A stretch of DNA of 64,000 nt from Escherichia phage BP32. The stretch lies in sequence record OR906198.1; one strand, 5' to 3'. Made by a program: the position numbers and the translations under genes. Numbering within the stretch: position 1 is the stretch's first letter; the number at the start of each line of letters is the position of its first letter. Below are positions 17,555 through 27,322 of the stretch, one piece after another. Under the pieces are notes generated by a model. The model was given only the letters and a program-made list of their open reading frames with translations, had not been told where the DNA came from and ran no database searches.

Positions 17555-19368
17555 CAATTGAAAAAGAAATTGAAGGATTAATTCATAAAACTAATAAAGA
17601 CCTTTTGAACGAGAATGCTAATAAAGATTCTCGTGTTTTTCCAACTCAACGGGACCTTATGGCTGGTATTGTGTCTAAACACATTGCCAAAAATATGGTC
17701 CCGTCTTTTATTATGAAAGCGCATGAAAGCGGAATTATTCATTTCCATGATATTGATTATTCCCCTGCTCTTCCATTTACTAATTGCTGTTTAGTAGATT
17801 TAAAAGGAATGCTTGAGAACGGATTTAAGCTCGGTAATGCACAGATTGAAACTCCTAAATCAATCGGCGTTGCTACTGCAATTATGGCGCAAATTACTGC
17901 ACAGGTTGCTTCCCATCAATATGGTGGAACGACTTTTGCGAATGTAGACAAAGTACTTTCTCCTTATGTTAAACGCACCTATGCAAAACATATTGAAGAT
18001 GCAGAAAAATGGCAAATCGCTGATGCGCTGAATTACGCCCAGTCTAAAACAGAAAAAGACGTATACGATGCATTCCAAGCTTATGAATATGAAGTAAATA
18101 CTCTCTTTAGTTCAAACGGACAAACGCCCTTTGTAACAATTACATTTGGCACGGGAACTGACTGGACTGAACGAATGATTCAGAAAGCAATTCTGAAAAA
18201 TCGTATCAAAGGTCTTGGTCGTGATGGGATAACTCCTATTTTCCCTAAGCTTGTTATGTTCGTTGAAGAGGGTGTTAATCTTTATAAAGACGATCCGAAC
18301 TATGATATTAAGCAGCTTGCTCTAGAGTGTGCAAGTAAAAGAATGTATCCTGACATCATTTCGGCTAAGAACAATAAAGCTATCACAGGTTCATCTATTC
18401 CTGTTTCTCCAATGGGTTGCCGCAGTTTCTTAAGTGTATGGAAAGATTCGACTGGTAATGAAATTCTTGATGGACGTAATAATCTTGGCGTTGTAACACT
18501 GAATCTTCCTCGTATTGCGTTAGATTCTTATATTGGAACACAGTTCAATGAACAGAAATTTGCCGAATTGTTCAATGAACGAATGGATTTATGTTTTGAA
18601 GCTTTGATGTGTAGAATCAGTTCCTTAAAAGGAGTTAAAGCTACTGTTGCTCCTATTCTTTACCAAGAAGGTGCATTCGGGGTTCGTCTTAAACCTGATG
18701 ACGATATAATTGAGTTATTTAAAAACGGTAGAAGTTCAGTGTCCCTAGGATACATTGGTATTCACGAATTGAATATTCTTGTCGGTCGTGATATTGGACA
18801 AGAAATTTTAACTAAAATGAATACTCATCTTAAACAATGGACTGAAAGAACCGGATTTGCTTTTAGTTTATATTCTACTCCTGCTGAAAACCTGTGCTAT
18901 CGCTTCTGTAAACTTGATACCGAAAAATATGGAAGTGTAAAAGATGTTACCGATAAAGGCTGGTACACTAACAGTTTCCACGTTTCAGTAGAAGAAAATA
19001 TTACTCCGTTTGAAAAGATTTCTCGCGAAGCACCGTATCATTTCATTGCGACAGGTGGTCACATTTCTTATGTTGAACTTCCTGATATGAAAAATAACCT
19101 AAAAGGTCTTGAGGCTGTATGGGATTATGCTGCACAACATTTAGATTATTTTGGTGTTAATATGCCAGTAGATAAATGTTTTACATGCGGAAGTACCCAT
19201 GAAATGACTCCTACTGAAAACGGATTTGTTTGTTCTATTTGTGGAGAAACTGATCCTAAAAAGATGAACACAATAAGAAGAACATGTGGCTATTTGGGAA
19301 ATCCGAATGAACGCGGATTTAATCTTGGCAAAAATAAAGAAATCATGCATAGGGTTAAACACCAATGA
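17551..19368 (+). CDS. nrdD: anaerobic ribonucleoside-triphosphate reductase
   Basis: 605 aa contiguous ORF; C-terminal Cys cluster and glycyl-radical-type tail RTCGYLGN. Confidence 0.97.
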   Translation: MTIEKEIEGLIHKTNKDLLNENANKDSRVFPTQRDLMAGIVSKHIAKNMVPSFIMKAHESGIIHFHDIDYSPALPFTNCCLVDLKGMLENGFKLGNAQIETPKSIGVATAIMAQITAQVASHQYGGTTFANVDKVLSPYVKRTYAKHIEDAEKWQIADALNYAQSKTEKDVYDAFQAYEYEVNTLFSSNGQTPFVTITFGTGTDWTERMIQKAILKNRIKGLGRDGITPIFPKLVMFVEEGVNLYKDDPNYDIKQLALECASKRMYPDIISAKNNKAITGSSIPVSPMGCRSFLSVWKDSTGNEILDGRNNLGVVTLNLPRIALDSYIGTQFNEQKFAELFNERMDLCFEALMCRISSLKGVKATVAPILYQEGAFGVRLKPDDDIIELFKNGRSSVSLGYIGIHELNILVGRDIGQEILTKMNTHLKQWTERTGFAFSLYSTPAENLCYRFCKLDTEKYGSVKDVTDKGWYTNSFHVSVEENITPFEKISREAPYHFIATGGHISYVELPDMKNNLKGLEAVWDYAAQHLDYFGVNMPVDKCFTCGSTHEMTPTENGFVCSICGETDPKKMNTIRRTCGYLGNPNERGFNLGKNKEIMHRVKHQ

Positions 19369-19835
19369 ATTATGATAGATTTTATCCTTGCGATTTTGTG
19401 AATGGCCCTGGATGCAGGGTCGTTCTTTTCGTTACAGGTTGTTTGCATAAATGCGAAGGGTGTTATAATAAATCAACGTGGAATGCTAGAAATGGCGTTC
19501 CATTCACTGGTGAAACACTGGAACAATTAATTGAATGTTTGAATAATGATTATATAGAAGGATTAACTATAACTGGAGGAGACCCTCTTTATCCTGATAA
19601 TCGAGATGTTGTTCATTGCATTGTTCAAACAGTAAAAAATCTTTATCCAAATAAAAGCATTTGGTTGTGGACAGGATATAAATTTGAAGATATTAAACAA
19701 CTAGAAATGCTTAAATATGTTGATGTTATTATTGATGGGAAGTATGAGAAAAATCTTCCGACCAAAAAGCTGTGGCGAGGTTCAGATAATCAGCGACTTT
19801 GGTCAAATACCGATGGGGTGTGGAAACATGATTAA
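19365..19835 (+). CDS. nrdG: anaerobic RNR activating protein (radical SAM)
   Basis: 156 aa; Cys-rich N-terminus (CLHKCEGC). Confidence 0.93.
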   Translation: MNYDRFYPCDFVNGPGCRVVLFVTGCLHKCEGCYNKSTWNARNGVPFTGETLEQLIECLNNDYIEGLTITGGDPLYPDNRDVVHCIVQTVKNLYPNKSIWLWTGYKFEDIKQLEMLKYVDVIIDGKYEKNLPTKKLWRGSDNQRLWSNTDGVWKHD

Positions 19836-19949
19836 ATTGAATTATATTATGGACACTATAAATGATATGATTTTTCATTTTGGTCCAGAATTTTATTCGC
19901 AGTATAGTTTAGTACTTATCAATGCTTGGTTAATCAATTAAGGGTAAAT

Positions 19950-20162
19950 ATGTATAAATTTCGTAAAGGTTTAGCTGATTTTCTTACAACCGTAACGTTC
20001 TTTTTGTTTATGGCAGTTGGAGCTATTTTCCTTATTCCTTTTATTGCTATATTTTTCGTGATTAGTTTGATTTCTCCAGAAAAAGGACTATCTTCTAGCG
20101 AATTCAATGAGCGTCTGGATAAAATTACTAACAAGCTGAATGCTGCTCTTAGTAAGGAATAG
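19950..20162 (+). CDS. small membrane protein
   Basis: AAGGG RBS; hydrophobic core. Confidence 0.5.
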   Translation: MYKFRKGLADFLTTVTFFLFMAVGAIFLIPFIAIFFVISLISPEKGLSSSEFNERLDKITNKLNAALSKE

Positions 20163-20164
20163 TT

Positions 20165-20473
20165 GTGAAACAAAACAAGATTGAAGTCTATGGAATTCCA
20201 GATGAAGTAGGTCGTTGTCCTGGATGTCAATCAGTTACAAAACTTCTAAAGGAGCTCAATGCTCCTTTTACTTTCTATAAAGTTCTTACAAATAATGGTA
20301 AGATTGAGTATGATCGTCCACTGATTGTATCTCTTGCTAAACGAGCTGGATTCACATCTCTTAACATTCGTTATCCAGTCATTTTCATCAATGATTCTAG
20401 ACAAAAGAACATTAAACACTTCAAAGAAACTCTCATTTCACTTGGATATGATAGAGATATCATAGAAGATTAA
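20165..20473 (+). CDS. nrdH: glutaredoxin-like redoxin (NrdH-like)
   Basis: CPGC motif in a thioredoxin-fold sized protein (102 aa); GTG start; position next to nrdG. Confidence 0.6.
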   Translation: MKQNKIEVYGIPDEVGRCPGCQSVTKLLKELNAPFTFYKVLTNNGKIEYDRPLIVSLAKRAGFTSLNIRYPVIFINDSRQKNIKHFKETLISLGYDRDIIED

Positions 20474-20477
20474 GATG

Positions 20478-20499
20478 GGCCCTCTGGGCCTTTCTTTCT
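20478..20499 (+). terminator. terminator-like GC hairpin
   Basis: ggccc-tct-gggcc followed by a T-rich run. Confidence 0.45.
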
Positions 20500-20571
20500 C
20501 ACATTCTGTATATTACCATTCTAAGCTATCGTTCCCTTCTTATCATTCCCTAAAATAATTTTCACAAAGTT

Positions 20572-20601
20572 GTTTACAAGAAGTTTAAACTGTGGTATTA
20601 T
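20572..20601 (+). promoter_or_regulatory. T4-type early promoter
   Basis: gtttacaagaagtttaaactgtggtattat. Confidence 0.7.
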
Positions 20602-20631
20602 TAACATATGAATTGCCTTTGAGGATTTGAT

Positions 20632-20814
20632 ATGGTTGTGGTTGATAAAGAAATTAAAAAGGGACAATATTATTTTATTAATGGTAATGTTGTTCGTGTT
20701 ACTTATGTAAACGGTTTTGAAGTTTATTATCTTATACTCAAGTTACATAAACAGATGATTTGTGATCGTGCTGTATTTAGTTCAGTTGCTAAGGAAATTA
20801 AACTCCATGGGTAA
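20632..20814 (+). CDS. hypothetical protein (60 aa)
   Basis: GAGGA RBS. Confidence 0.5.
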   Translation: MVVVDKEIKKGQYYFINGNVVRVTYVNGFEVYYLILKLHKQMICDRAVFSSVAKEIKLHG

Positions 20815-21100
20815 AACGTATCGTCGTAAAGATTTAAAAGTACGTGATTATGACTATTTCGGAAAGCGTAAAGCTCCTGATGGTGTAAGTCATAAAGATA
20901 TGGTTGAAAACATTTTTCGCTCTGATAAATGGCGTAGAATGAAAGGCATTGATTCAGAAGTTAAAGATGAGTTAAATCGTCAATTGCGTGGTGAAGTAAG
21001 AAAGTTGAAAAAATCAGTTTACATTGACGATGATTTTGATTACAATACTTCTCAACGAGTTGCTAAGCGTAAATCAAACGAGTGCTATCGTTACAGCTGA
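20807..21100 (+). CDS. hypothetical basic protein (97 aa)
   Basis: AAGGA RBS before ATG 20807. Confidence 0.55.
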   Translation: MGKTYRRKDLKVRDYDYFGKRKAPDGVSHKDMVENIFRSDKWRRMKGIDSEVKDELNRQLRGEVRKLKKSVYIDDDFDYNTSQRVAKRKSNECYRYS

Positions 21101-21107
21101 GGAAAAT

Positions 21108-21239
21108 ATGAATATCAAACGCATGCTTTTTAAACAAGGATTATACACTTTAAATATTGCTCCAAAAGGCGATACGACCAAGTGGTCAGTAAATGACTGG
21201 ATTAAATTCATTGATGAAAACGGTAACTGGAAAATTTAA
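21108..21239 (+). CDS. hypothetical small protein (43 aa)
   Basis: GAGGAAAA RBS. Confidence 0.4.
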   Translation: MNIKRMLFKQGLYTLNIAPKGDTTKWSVNDWIKFIDENGNWKI

Positions 21240-21440
21240 ATGAATCCTGAATCTAAATTATCACAACGAATTGCCGAAGCTCGTCGTCAGTTCTTTGAAA
21301 ATATGATAGCCCAAGGTATTGATGACGAAGTTTTTCTGAACTGGTTTTGGAATCACAAATATTCAAGCTGTTCAGGGGCAATATTAATATCAGCCGCAAT
21401 GATGTATGAAGGCTGGAAAGGTGCCAAACAGTTTAGCTAA
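21240..21440 (+). CDS. hypothetical protein (66 aa)
   Basis: ORF track. Confidence 0.5.
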   Translation: MNPESKLSQRIAEARRQFFENMIAQGIDDEVFLNWFWNHKYSSCSGAILISAAMMYEGWKGAKQFS

Positions 21441-21457
21441 GGGCTTCGGCCCTTTTT
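21441..21457 (+). terminator. rho-independent terminator (GCTTCGGC hairpin)
   Basis: gggc-ttcg-gccc followed by T5. Confidence 0.75.
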
Positions 21458-21492
21458 GGATAATAAAATTTTAACGCAATTGAGGATAATGT

Positions 21493-21819
21493 ATGACTAT
21501 TCAAATTAAAAACGCCATCAATTCTTATGCATATGATAAAGTAGTTTCTCTGCTAGAAAAAGGCGATATTGTAACTCCTCAAATTTTGGATAAATGGGAA
21601 AAAGAGCTTCATCAGACGATGAAACAGAATGATCAGAAGATTGGACGAAATACTGTCCGTGAATTGATGGTTCAATATATCTTGTCAGAATTTGATGTTA
21701 AAGCTTTTGGTGTAGAATCTAAAGCTTATCAAAAGCATGAAATTTCTGATAAAACTATTCGTCGTATGAAAAATCAACGCAAGAAAAAATTTGCTGATCT
21801 GAAAATTACTAAGGTATGA
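21493..21819 (+). CDS. hypothetical protein (108 aa)
   Basis: GAGGA RBS. Confidence 0.55.
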   Translation: MTIQIKNAINSYAYDKVVSLLEKGDIVTPQILDKWEKELHQTMKQNDQKIGRNTVRELMVQYILSEFDVKAFGVESKAYQKHEISDKTIRRMKNQRKKKFADLKITKV

Positions 21820-21821
21820 AT

Positions 21822-22037
21822 ATGAATGAAGCTCTTATTAACGATTTGCGTCTTGCCGGATATGAAGTAAATACTAATGGCATTGGTTTAACTCAAATTG
21901 AAGGAAACGGATTCATCCTTGAGTATGAATTTAGCCAATGGTGGTTATATGCTAATTATGGCGAATTAATTGAATATGTCGATCAATTTGATTCACTAGA
22001 TGCAGCTCTTGAAGCGGCTAAGTTGATGAATACATGA
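21822..22037 (+). CDS. hypothetical protein (71 aa)
   Basis: AAGG RBS 8 nt upstream. Confidence 0.5.
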   Translation: MNEALINDLRLAGYEVNTNGIGLTQIEGNGFILEYEFSQWWLYANYGELIEYVDQFDSLDAALEAAKLMNT

Positions 22038-22303
22038 AATTTATTAATATTTCTATTACTATTGAAAATTATGGAATTTTCTATGTTGACCAATATATGA
22101 AAATTTCATTTTTCCCAAATAAGACTGGTGTTGGATATTGGGAAAGCCATGTTTCTGAATTAAATGAAAGTGAATATGTTAGCACACATGAAAAGTTTTT
22201 AGACTTTTTATATCATGCTGATTTAACTAGTCATTACATAGATATTCATGAATTTAAAAAGATGATGGAGAAAGTGTTCCAAGCATACTGTTTACTTAGA
22301 TAA
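22034..22303 (+). CDS. hypothetical protein (89 aa)
   Basis: ORF track. Confidence 0.5.
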   Translation: MKFINISITIENYGIFYVDQYMKISFFPNKTGVGYWESHVSELNESEYVSTHEKFLDFLYHADLTSHYIDIHEFKKMMEKVFQAYCLLR

Positions 22304-22381
22304 CTGATATCCTCTATGCTTTAAGATAGATCTTCAAATATTATGATATAATAGATCTATGAATTGAGCTAAGAGGTGAAA

Positions 22382-22939
22382 ATGTCAGAAACTAAGCCTA
22401 AATATAATTACGTAAACAATAAAGAGCTTTTACAAGCTATTATTGATTGGAAAACAGAATTAGCAAATAATAAAGACCCAAATAAAGTAGTTCGTCAGAA
22501 TGATACTATCGGATTAGCCATTATGCTTATTGCAGAAGGCTTATCTAAACGTTTCAACTTTTCAGGATACACCCAGTCTTGGAAACAAGAAATGATTGCA
22601 GATGGTATAGAAGCTTCTATTAAGGGGCTTCATAATTTTGACGAAACGAAATATAAAAACCCACATGCATATATAACTCAAGCTTGTTTTAATGCATTCG
22701 TCCAACGTATTAAAAAAGAACGTAAGGAAGTTGCAAAGAAATATAGTTACTTCGTTCACAATGTCTATGACAGTCGTGACGACGATATGGTTGCGTTAGT
22801 AGATGAAACTTTTATTCAAGACATTTACGATAAAATGACGCATTACGAAGAATCAACCTATAGAACACTAGGGGCTGAAAAGAAAAGTGTTGTAGACGAT
22901 TCTCCTAGTTTGGATTTTTTATATGAGGCTAACGATTAA
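22382..22939 (+). CDS. 55: late transcription sigma factor gp55
   Basis: sequence recognised ([17 protein letters not shown]...); AGAGGTGA RBS. Confidence 0.95.
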   Translation: MSETKPKYNYVNNKELLQAIIDWKTELANNKDPNKVVRQNDTIGLAIMLIAEGLSKRFNFSGYTQSWKQEMIADGIEASIKGLHNFDETKYKNPHAYITQACFNAFVQRIKKERKEVAKKYSYFVHNVYDSRDDDMVALVDETFIQDIYDKMTHYEESTYRTLGAEKKSVVDDSPSLDFLYEAND

Positions 22940-23141
22940 CCTCTCCGGATTCTTGGAAGAAATACCCGAAGTTGAAGCTATTCCCTATTTACTTAAAATG
23001 TATCTCAGGGAAGTTTTAGCTCTTGACATTGATATTGATCCAGAAAATCCGTATGATACCGCTTTTAAATCTAATGGTGTAGAATTAAACTATCGGTATC
23101 ATTTAACAGATGATGATTTTTATTTTATATTAGAGAAATAA
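22923..23141 (+). CDS. hypothetical protein (72 aa)
   Basis: ORF track; overlaps end of gene 55. Confidence 0.4.
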   Translation: MRLTINLSGFLEEIPEVEAIPYLLKMYLREVLALDIDIDPENPYDTAFKSNGVELNYRYHLTDDDFYFILEK

Positions 23142-23142
23142 T

Positions 23143-23460
23143 ATGACTGATAAACCCGAAATTAATGATGAAGTGGAAAAGCTTATTTCTTCTATTGAAG
23201 AAAAGAACCGTCTTGAAGCAGAAAGAAAAGCAAATAAGTTATTGTCTAAAAATAAACGCGAACTGAACCGTCTTTATAAACACGCTCAAATTGCAGCTGA
23301 AAACAATAATTTTGCTCAATACGAATATGCTATCAAGAAAAGTCGGGATATTCTAAAACAGCCATATAATGATGAACTCATTAGTATTCTTTGGAAGACT
23401 ACTAGATCACAGATTGAGGATATGATTGATGCTTACACACGTAAAATTCAAGCGTCTTAA
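23143..23460 (+). CDS. hypothetical coiled-coil protein (105 aa)
   Basis: ORF track. Confidence 0.5.
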   Translation: MTDKPEINDEVEKLISSIEEKNRLEAERKANKLLSKNKRELNRLYKHAQIAAENNNFAQYEYAIKKSRDILKQPYNDELISILWKTTRSQIEDMIDAYTRKIQAS

Positions 23461-23632
23461 AATTAATGCAGGATTTACTGAATCTTTGAATGGTCATCTT
23501 TGTGTGAAAATTTCTGAAAAAGAATACCATGATAGTTCAATTAAAGAAGTTAATCCTCCTATTGTAAGAGCAGACCCTAATATGAAAGTGTGGGTTGATT
23601 CTTATCAAGTCAAAAAATGGTGGCAACTGTGA
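23426..23632 (+). CDS. hypothetical protein (68 aa)
   Basis: ORF track; overlaps upstream ORF. Confidence 0.35.
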   Translation: MMLTHVKFKRLKINAGFTESLNGHLCVKISEKEYHDSSIKEVNPPIVRADPNMKVWVDSYQVKKWWQL

Positions 23633-23635
23633 AAG

Positions 23636-23809
23636 ATGAACACCCAGACTTCTGAAATAGATTATAATAAAATTCGTTCCTCTAAAGTAGAAATGATGAG
23701 ACGTTTTAAAGAGTCTCATGATAAAGCTAAAGCAGAAGGAACTATAACATATAAGCGTATAAAATTTAGAAGCTCTAATGAGCCTCTGTATGGCGTATTA
23801 TGTGGATAG
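23636..23809 (+). CDS. hypothetical small protein (57 aa)
   Basis: in-frame ATG after the upstream stop; weak RBS. Confidence 0.3.
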   Translation: MNTQTSEIDYNKIRSSKVEMMRRFKESHDKAKAEGTITYKRIKFRSSNEPLYGVLCG

Positions 23810-23826
23810 GAGCCTCGGCTCCTATA
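23808..23826 (+). terminator. terminator-like hairpin
   Basis: aggagcc-tcg-ggctcct; weak T-run. Confidence 0.35.
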
Positions 23827-23875
23827 TTGCTTTATAAATTTTTGGTAAAATAAACCAAAACAATGAGGATATTAA

Positions 23876-25078
23876 ATGAAAGTATGCATTTTTATGGCTC
23901 GAGGTCTTGAAGGTTGTGGTGTAACTAAATTTTCTCTTGAGCAACGTGATTGGTTTATTAAAAATGGTCATGAAGTAACTTTGGTTTATGCTAAAGATAA
24001 ATCATTTACTCGTAATTGCGCGCATGATTATAAGTCATTTTCAATTCCAGTTTTATTGGCAAAAGAATACGATAAAACACTTAAGCTGGTAAATGATTGT
24101 GATATTCTAATTATCAATTCAGTTCCTGCTACTTCAGTAGAAGAAGACACTATTAATAACTATAAAAAAATTATTGATAACATTAAACCTTCGGTTCGTG
24201 TTGTAGTTTATCAGCATGACCATTCTTCTCTTTCTTTGCGCCGAAATTTGGGATTAGAAGAAACTGTTCGTCGAGCTGATGTTATTTTTAGCCATTCTGA
24301 TAATGGTGATTTTAATAAAGTTCTGATGAAAGAATGGTATCCGGAAACTGTTTCTCTGTTTGATGATATTGAAGAAGCACCGACCGTATATAACTTTCAG
24401 CCTCCTATGGATATTGCGAAGGTTCGATCAACCTACTGGAAAGATGTTTCTGAAATTAACATGAATATCAACCGTTGGATTGGTCGTACTACTACATGGA
24501 AAGGCTTTTATCAGATGTTTGATTTTCACGAAAAACATCTTAAACCTGCAGGACTAAGTACTATTATGGAAGGTCTGGAACGTTCTCCAGCTTTCATTCC
24601 TATTAAAGAAAAAGGAATTCCATACGAGTATTATCGTCTTCATCAAGTAGACCAAATTAAAATTGCTCCTAATTTGCCGACGCAAATTCTCGACCGTTAT
24701 GTAAATAGCGAAATGCTTGAACGCATGAGTAAATCCGGATTTGGTTATCAGCTGAGTAAGTTGGACAAAAAATATCTACAACGTTCTTTAGAATATACTC
24801 ATCTCGAGCTTGGTGCATGTGGAACAATTCCGGTATTTTGGAAATCTACGGGCGAAAATTTAAAATTCCGTGTTGATAACACTCCGTTAATTTCTCATGA
24901 TAGCGGTATCGTTTGGTTTGATGAAAATGACATGGAATCAACATTTGAACGTATTAAAGAACTGTCATCTGACCGAGCTCTTTATGACCGCGAACGTGAA
25001 AAAGCTTATGAATTTTTGTATCAGCATCAAGATTCAAGCTTCTGCTTTAAAGAACAGTTTGACATTATTACAAAATAA
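23876..25078 (+). CDS. a-gt: DNA alpha-glucosyltransferase
   Basis: 400 aa; sequence recognised as T-even alpha-gt. Confidence 0.95.
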   Translation: MKVCIFMARGLEGCGVTKFSLEQRDWFIKNGHEVTLVYAKDKSFTRNCAHDYKSFSIPVLLAKEYDKTLKLVNDCDILIINSVPATSVEEDTINNYKKIIDNIKPSVRVVVYQHDHSSLSLRRNLGLEETVRRADVIFSHSDNGDFNKVLMKEWYPETVSLFDDIEEAPTVYNFQPPMDIAKVRSTYWKDVSEINMNINRWIGRTTTWKGFYQMFDFHEKHLKPAGLSTIMEGLERSPAFIPIKEKGIPYEYYRLHQVDQIKIAPNLPTQILDRYVNSEMLERMSKSGFGYQLSKLDKKYLQRSLEYTHLELGACGTIPVFWKSTGENLKFRVDNTPLISHDSGIVWFDENDMESTFERIKELSSDRALYDREREKAYEFLYQHQDSSFCFKEQFDIITK

Positions 25079-25079
25079 A

Positions 25080-25094
25080 GGGCTTCGGCCCTTT
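25080..25094 (+). terminator. terminator-like GCTTCGGC hairpin
   Basis: gggc-ttcg-gccc with a short T-run. Confidence 0.5.
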
Positions 25095-25254
25095 AGCTTT
25101 ATACGGAGTTTGATATAATGATATTCCTTGGATATGTGATACTTTTTCTAGCGTTTTATCTATTCACTAGAGCATGTTGGATTGGGTTCTTTAGCACCCC
25201 AGATGGATTTATTTCAATAATTTTATTTTGCATTTCAATGACGGTTCTTGATAT

Positions 25255-25878
25255 ATGAAAAAATATATAACTTATTTAACAATATATAGTGGAGATAAAC
25301 TTCCTCCTTTTTATATTGGATCTACATCTTTAGATAGGCATTTAGCCGGATATCATGGATCAGTTTTATCTAAAAAGTATAAGAAAATTTATAATGAAGA
25401 ACTTTCAAATAACCCACATTTATTTGATTCATGCATTTTAGATGAATTTGATACGCGCGAAGAAGCTATTAAATGCGAGCTATATTATCAACGTTTGCAT
25501 GATGCGGTTAAAAATCCATTATTCTTTAATATGTCATATGCTGCTCCAAAAGGTTCATTTGGAAGAGATATTAAAGGACAAAATCATCCATTATATGGTT
25601 CTCATAATTGTAAAGGAAACATACATTCACATGACCCATTAACAGGAAAATCTGCCTTTTTACCGTATATTCCAGAAGGTTATGTAAAAGGAAGGTCAAA
25701 TAAATTTAAAGCTTCATCACATAATAAAGGTAAAAAATGGTATAATAACGGAGTTAAGCAAATGTTATGTCATGAACCTCCTGGTCCTGAATGGACAAAG
25801 GGAAAAATTAAAGAACTAGTTTCAAAAGCAGCTAAATTAGGATGGAAAAGACACCATGAAAATACTAAACTTGGGTGA
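25255..25878 (+). CDS. GIY-YIG family homing-endonuclease-like protein (Seg/I-TevI-like)
   Basis: YLTIY...(8)...FYIGSTS, then R..H, then FDSCILDEF...E aligning by eye with the I-TevI catalytic domain; 207 aa. Confidence 0.7.
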   Translation: MKKYITYLTIYSGDKLPPFYIGSTSLDRHLAGYHGSVLSKKYKKIYNEELSNNPHLFDSCILDEFDTREEAIKCELYYQRLHDAVKNPLFFNMSYAAPKGSFGRDIKGQNHPLYGSHNCKGNIHSHDPLTGKSAFLPYIPEGYVKGRSNKFKASSHNKGKKWYNNGVKQMLCHEPPGPEWTKGKIKELVSKAAKLGWKRHHENTKLG

Positions 25879-26875
25879 TTGGCATTTAGGCGTTAAAGCT
25901 GATGATGAGTGGATTCGCGGTATTCAAATTGATGGAATTAAGCAAGCGATAGAATATTCTAAGAAAAATGGAATTACGGTATGGATTCAATACGGTGATA
26001 TTTTTGATGTACGAAAAGCGATCACGCATAAAACTATGGAGTTTGCTCGTGAAATAGTTCAAATGCTTGATGGCGCTGGAATCACATTACATACTATTGT
26101 AGGAAATCACGATCTCCACTATAAAAATGTAATGCATCCAAACGCTTCTACTGAGCTTTTGGCTAAATATCCTAATGTTAAAGTATATGATAAGCCTACT
26201 ACAGTAGATTTTGACGGATGTTTGATTGATTTAATTCCTTGGATGTGTGAAGAAAATACTGGTGAAATTCTTGAACACATCAAAACTTCATCTGCTTCTT
26301 TTTGTGTTGGTCACTGGGAGCTGAATGGATTTTATTTTTATAAAGGAATGAAATCTCACGGTCTTGAACCTGATTTCCTTAAGACTTATAAAGAGGTTTG
26401 GTCTGGTCACTTCCATACTATCTCTGAGGCTGCTAACGTCAAATATATTGGGACACCATGGACACTAACTGCAGGTGACGAGAATGACCCTCGCGGGTTC
26501 TGGATGTTTGATACAGAAACAGAACGAATGGAATTTATTCCAAACAACACTACCTGGCATCGTCGAATTCAATATCCATTTAAGGGAAAAATTGACTATA
26601 AAGATTTTACAAATCTATCAGTACGTGTTATAGTAACTGAGGTAGACAAAAATCTGACGAAGTTCGAATCTGAACTAGAAAAAGTTGTGCATTCATTACG
26701 AGTTGTGTCAAAGATTGATAACTCTGTTGAGTCAGATGATAGTGAAGAAGTTGAAGTTCAATCTCTTCAGACGTTGATGGAAGAATATATTAATGCAATT
26801 CCAGACATCACTGATTCTGATCGCGAAGCACTTATTCAATATGCAAATCAGTTATATGTAGAGGCAACACAATGA
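25856..26875 (+). CDS. 47: recombination endonuclease subunit (Mre11-like)
   Basis: 339 aa; phosphoesterase motifs GDWHLG, GDIFD, GNHD. Confidence 0.95.
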   Translation: MKILNLGDWHLGVKADDEWIRGIQIDGIKQAIEYSKKNGITVWIQYGDIFDVRKAITHKTMEFAREIVQMLDGAGITLHTIVGNHDLHYKNVMHPNASTELLAKYPNVKVYDKPTTVDFDGCLIDLIPWMCEENTGEILEHIKTSSASFCVGHWELNGFYFYKGMKSHGLEPDFLKTYKEVWSGHFHTISEAANVKYIGTPWTLTAGDENDPRGFWMFDTETERMEFIPNNTTWHRRIQYPFKGKIDYKDFTNLSVRVIVTEVDKNLTKFESELEKVVHSLRVVSKIDNSVESDDSEEVEVQSLQTLMEEYINAIPDITDSDREALIQYANQLYVEATQ

Positions 26876-27135
26876 CTTTTGATGAATTTAAAAATGTTAT
26901 GATGAGTCAGCATTTTGAATGCGAAGTAAAAGATGATATTGGGCATAAAGAAATTATTGAATATTGGTTTGAACCGTTAGAGGTTGAAGATAATTGTATT
27001 AAAAAGGTTACGGTCTGCACTGACTGGGCTGTATCTTTTAACTTCAACATTTTAGATAATGACACACCTAAATCATTACAAGATATGGCTGTATCTTGTA
27101 TTAAGGATGCATACTGTGAAGTTTTCGACATTTGA
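26872..27135 (+). CDS. hypothetical protein (87 aa)
   Basis: ORF track. Confidence 0.5.
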   Translation: MTFDEFKNVMMSQHFECEVKDDIGHKEIIEYWFEPLEVEDNCIKKVTVCTDWAVSFNFNILDNDTPKSLQDMAVSCIKDAYCEVFDI

Positions 27136-27322
27136 CATTAACGATGAATTCATAGCAAATATTGATTACACCGAAGAAGATTCTAGATATGTTGGAATAA
27201 TTTATATCACATCAAAAGCAGCACAAGGTGTTGTTTGCATGGCTGAATTTGATGAATACTTTTTAGATTATGATGATATGATAGAATGGTCTAAAAGATA
27301 CATTAAAAGGAATCTTTTGTGA
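27107..27322 (+). CDS. hypothetical protein; start uncertain (ATG 27107 or GTG 27116)
   Basis: ORF track; AAGGA precedes. Confidence 0.35.
   Translation: MHTVKFSTFDINDEFIANIDYTEEDSRYVGIIYITSKAAQGVVCMAEFDEYFLDYDDMIEWSKRYIKRNLL

Noticed and set aside
17551-19368. Group I intron or intron-encoded homing endonuclease in nrdD
   Set aside because: The nrdD reading frame is continuous and of the expected length, with no interrupting sequence.
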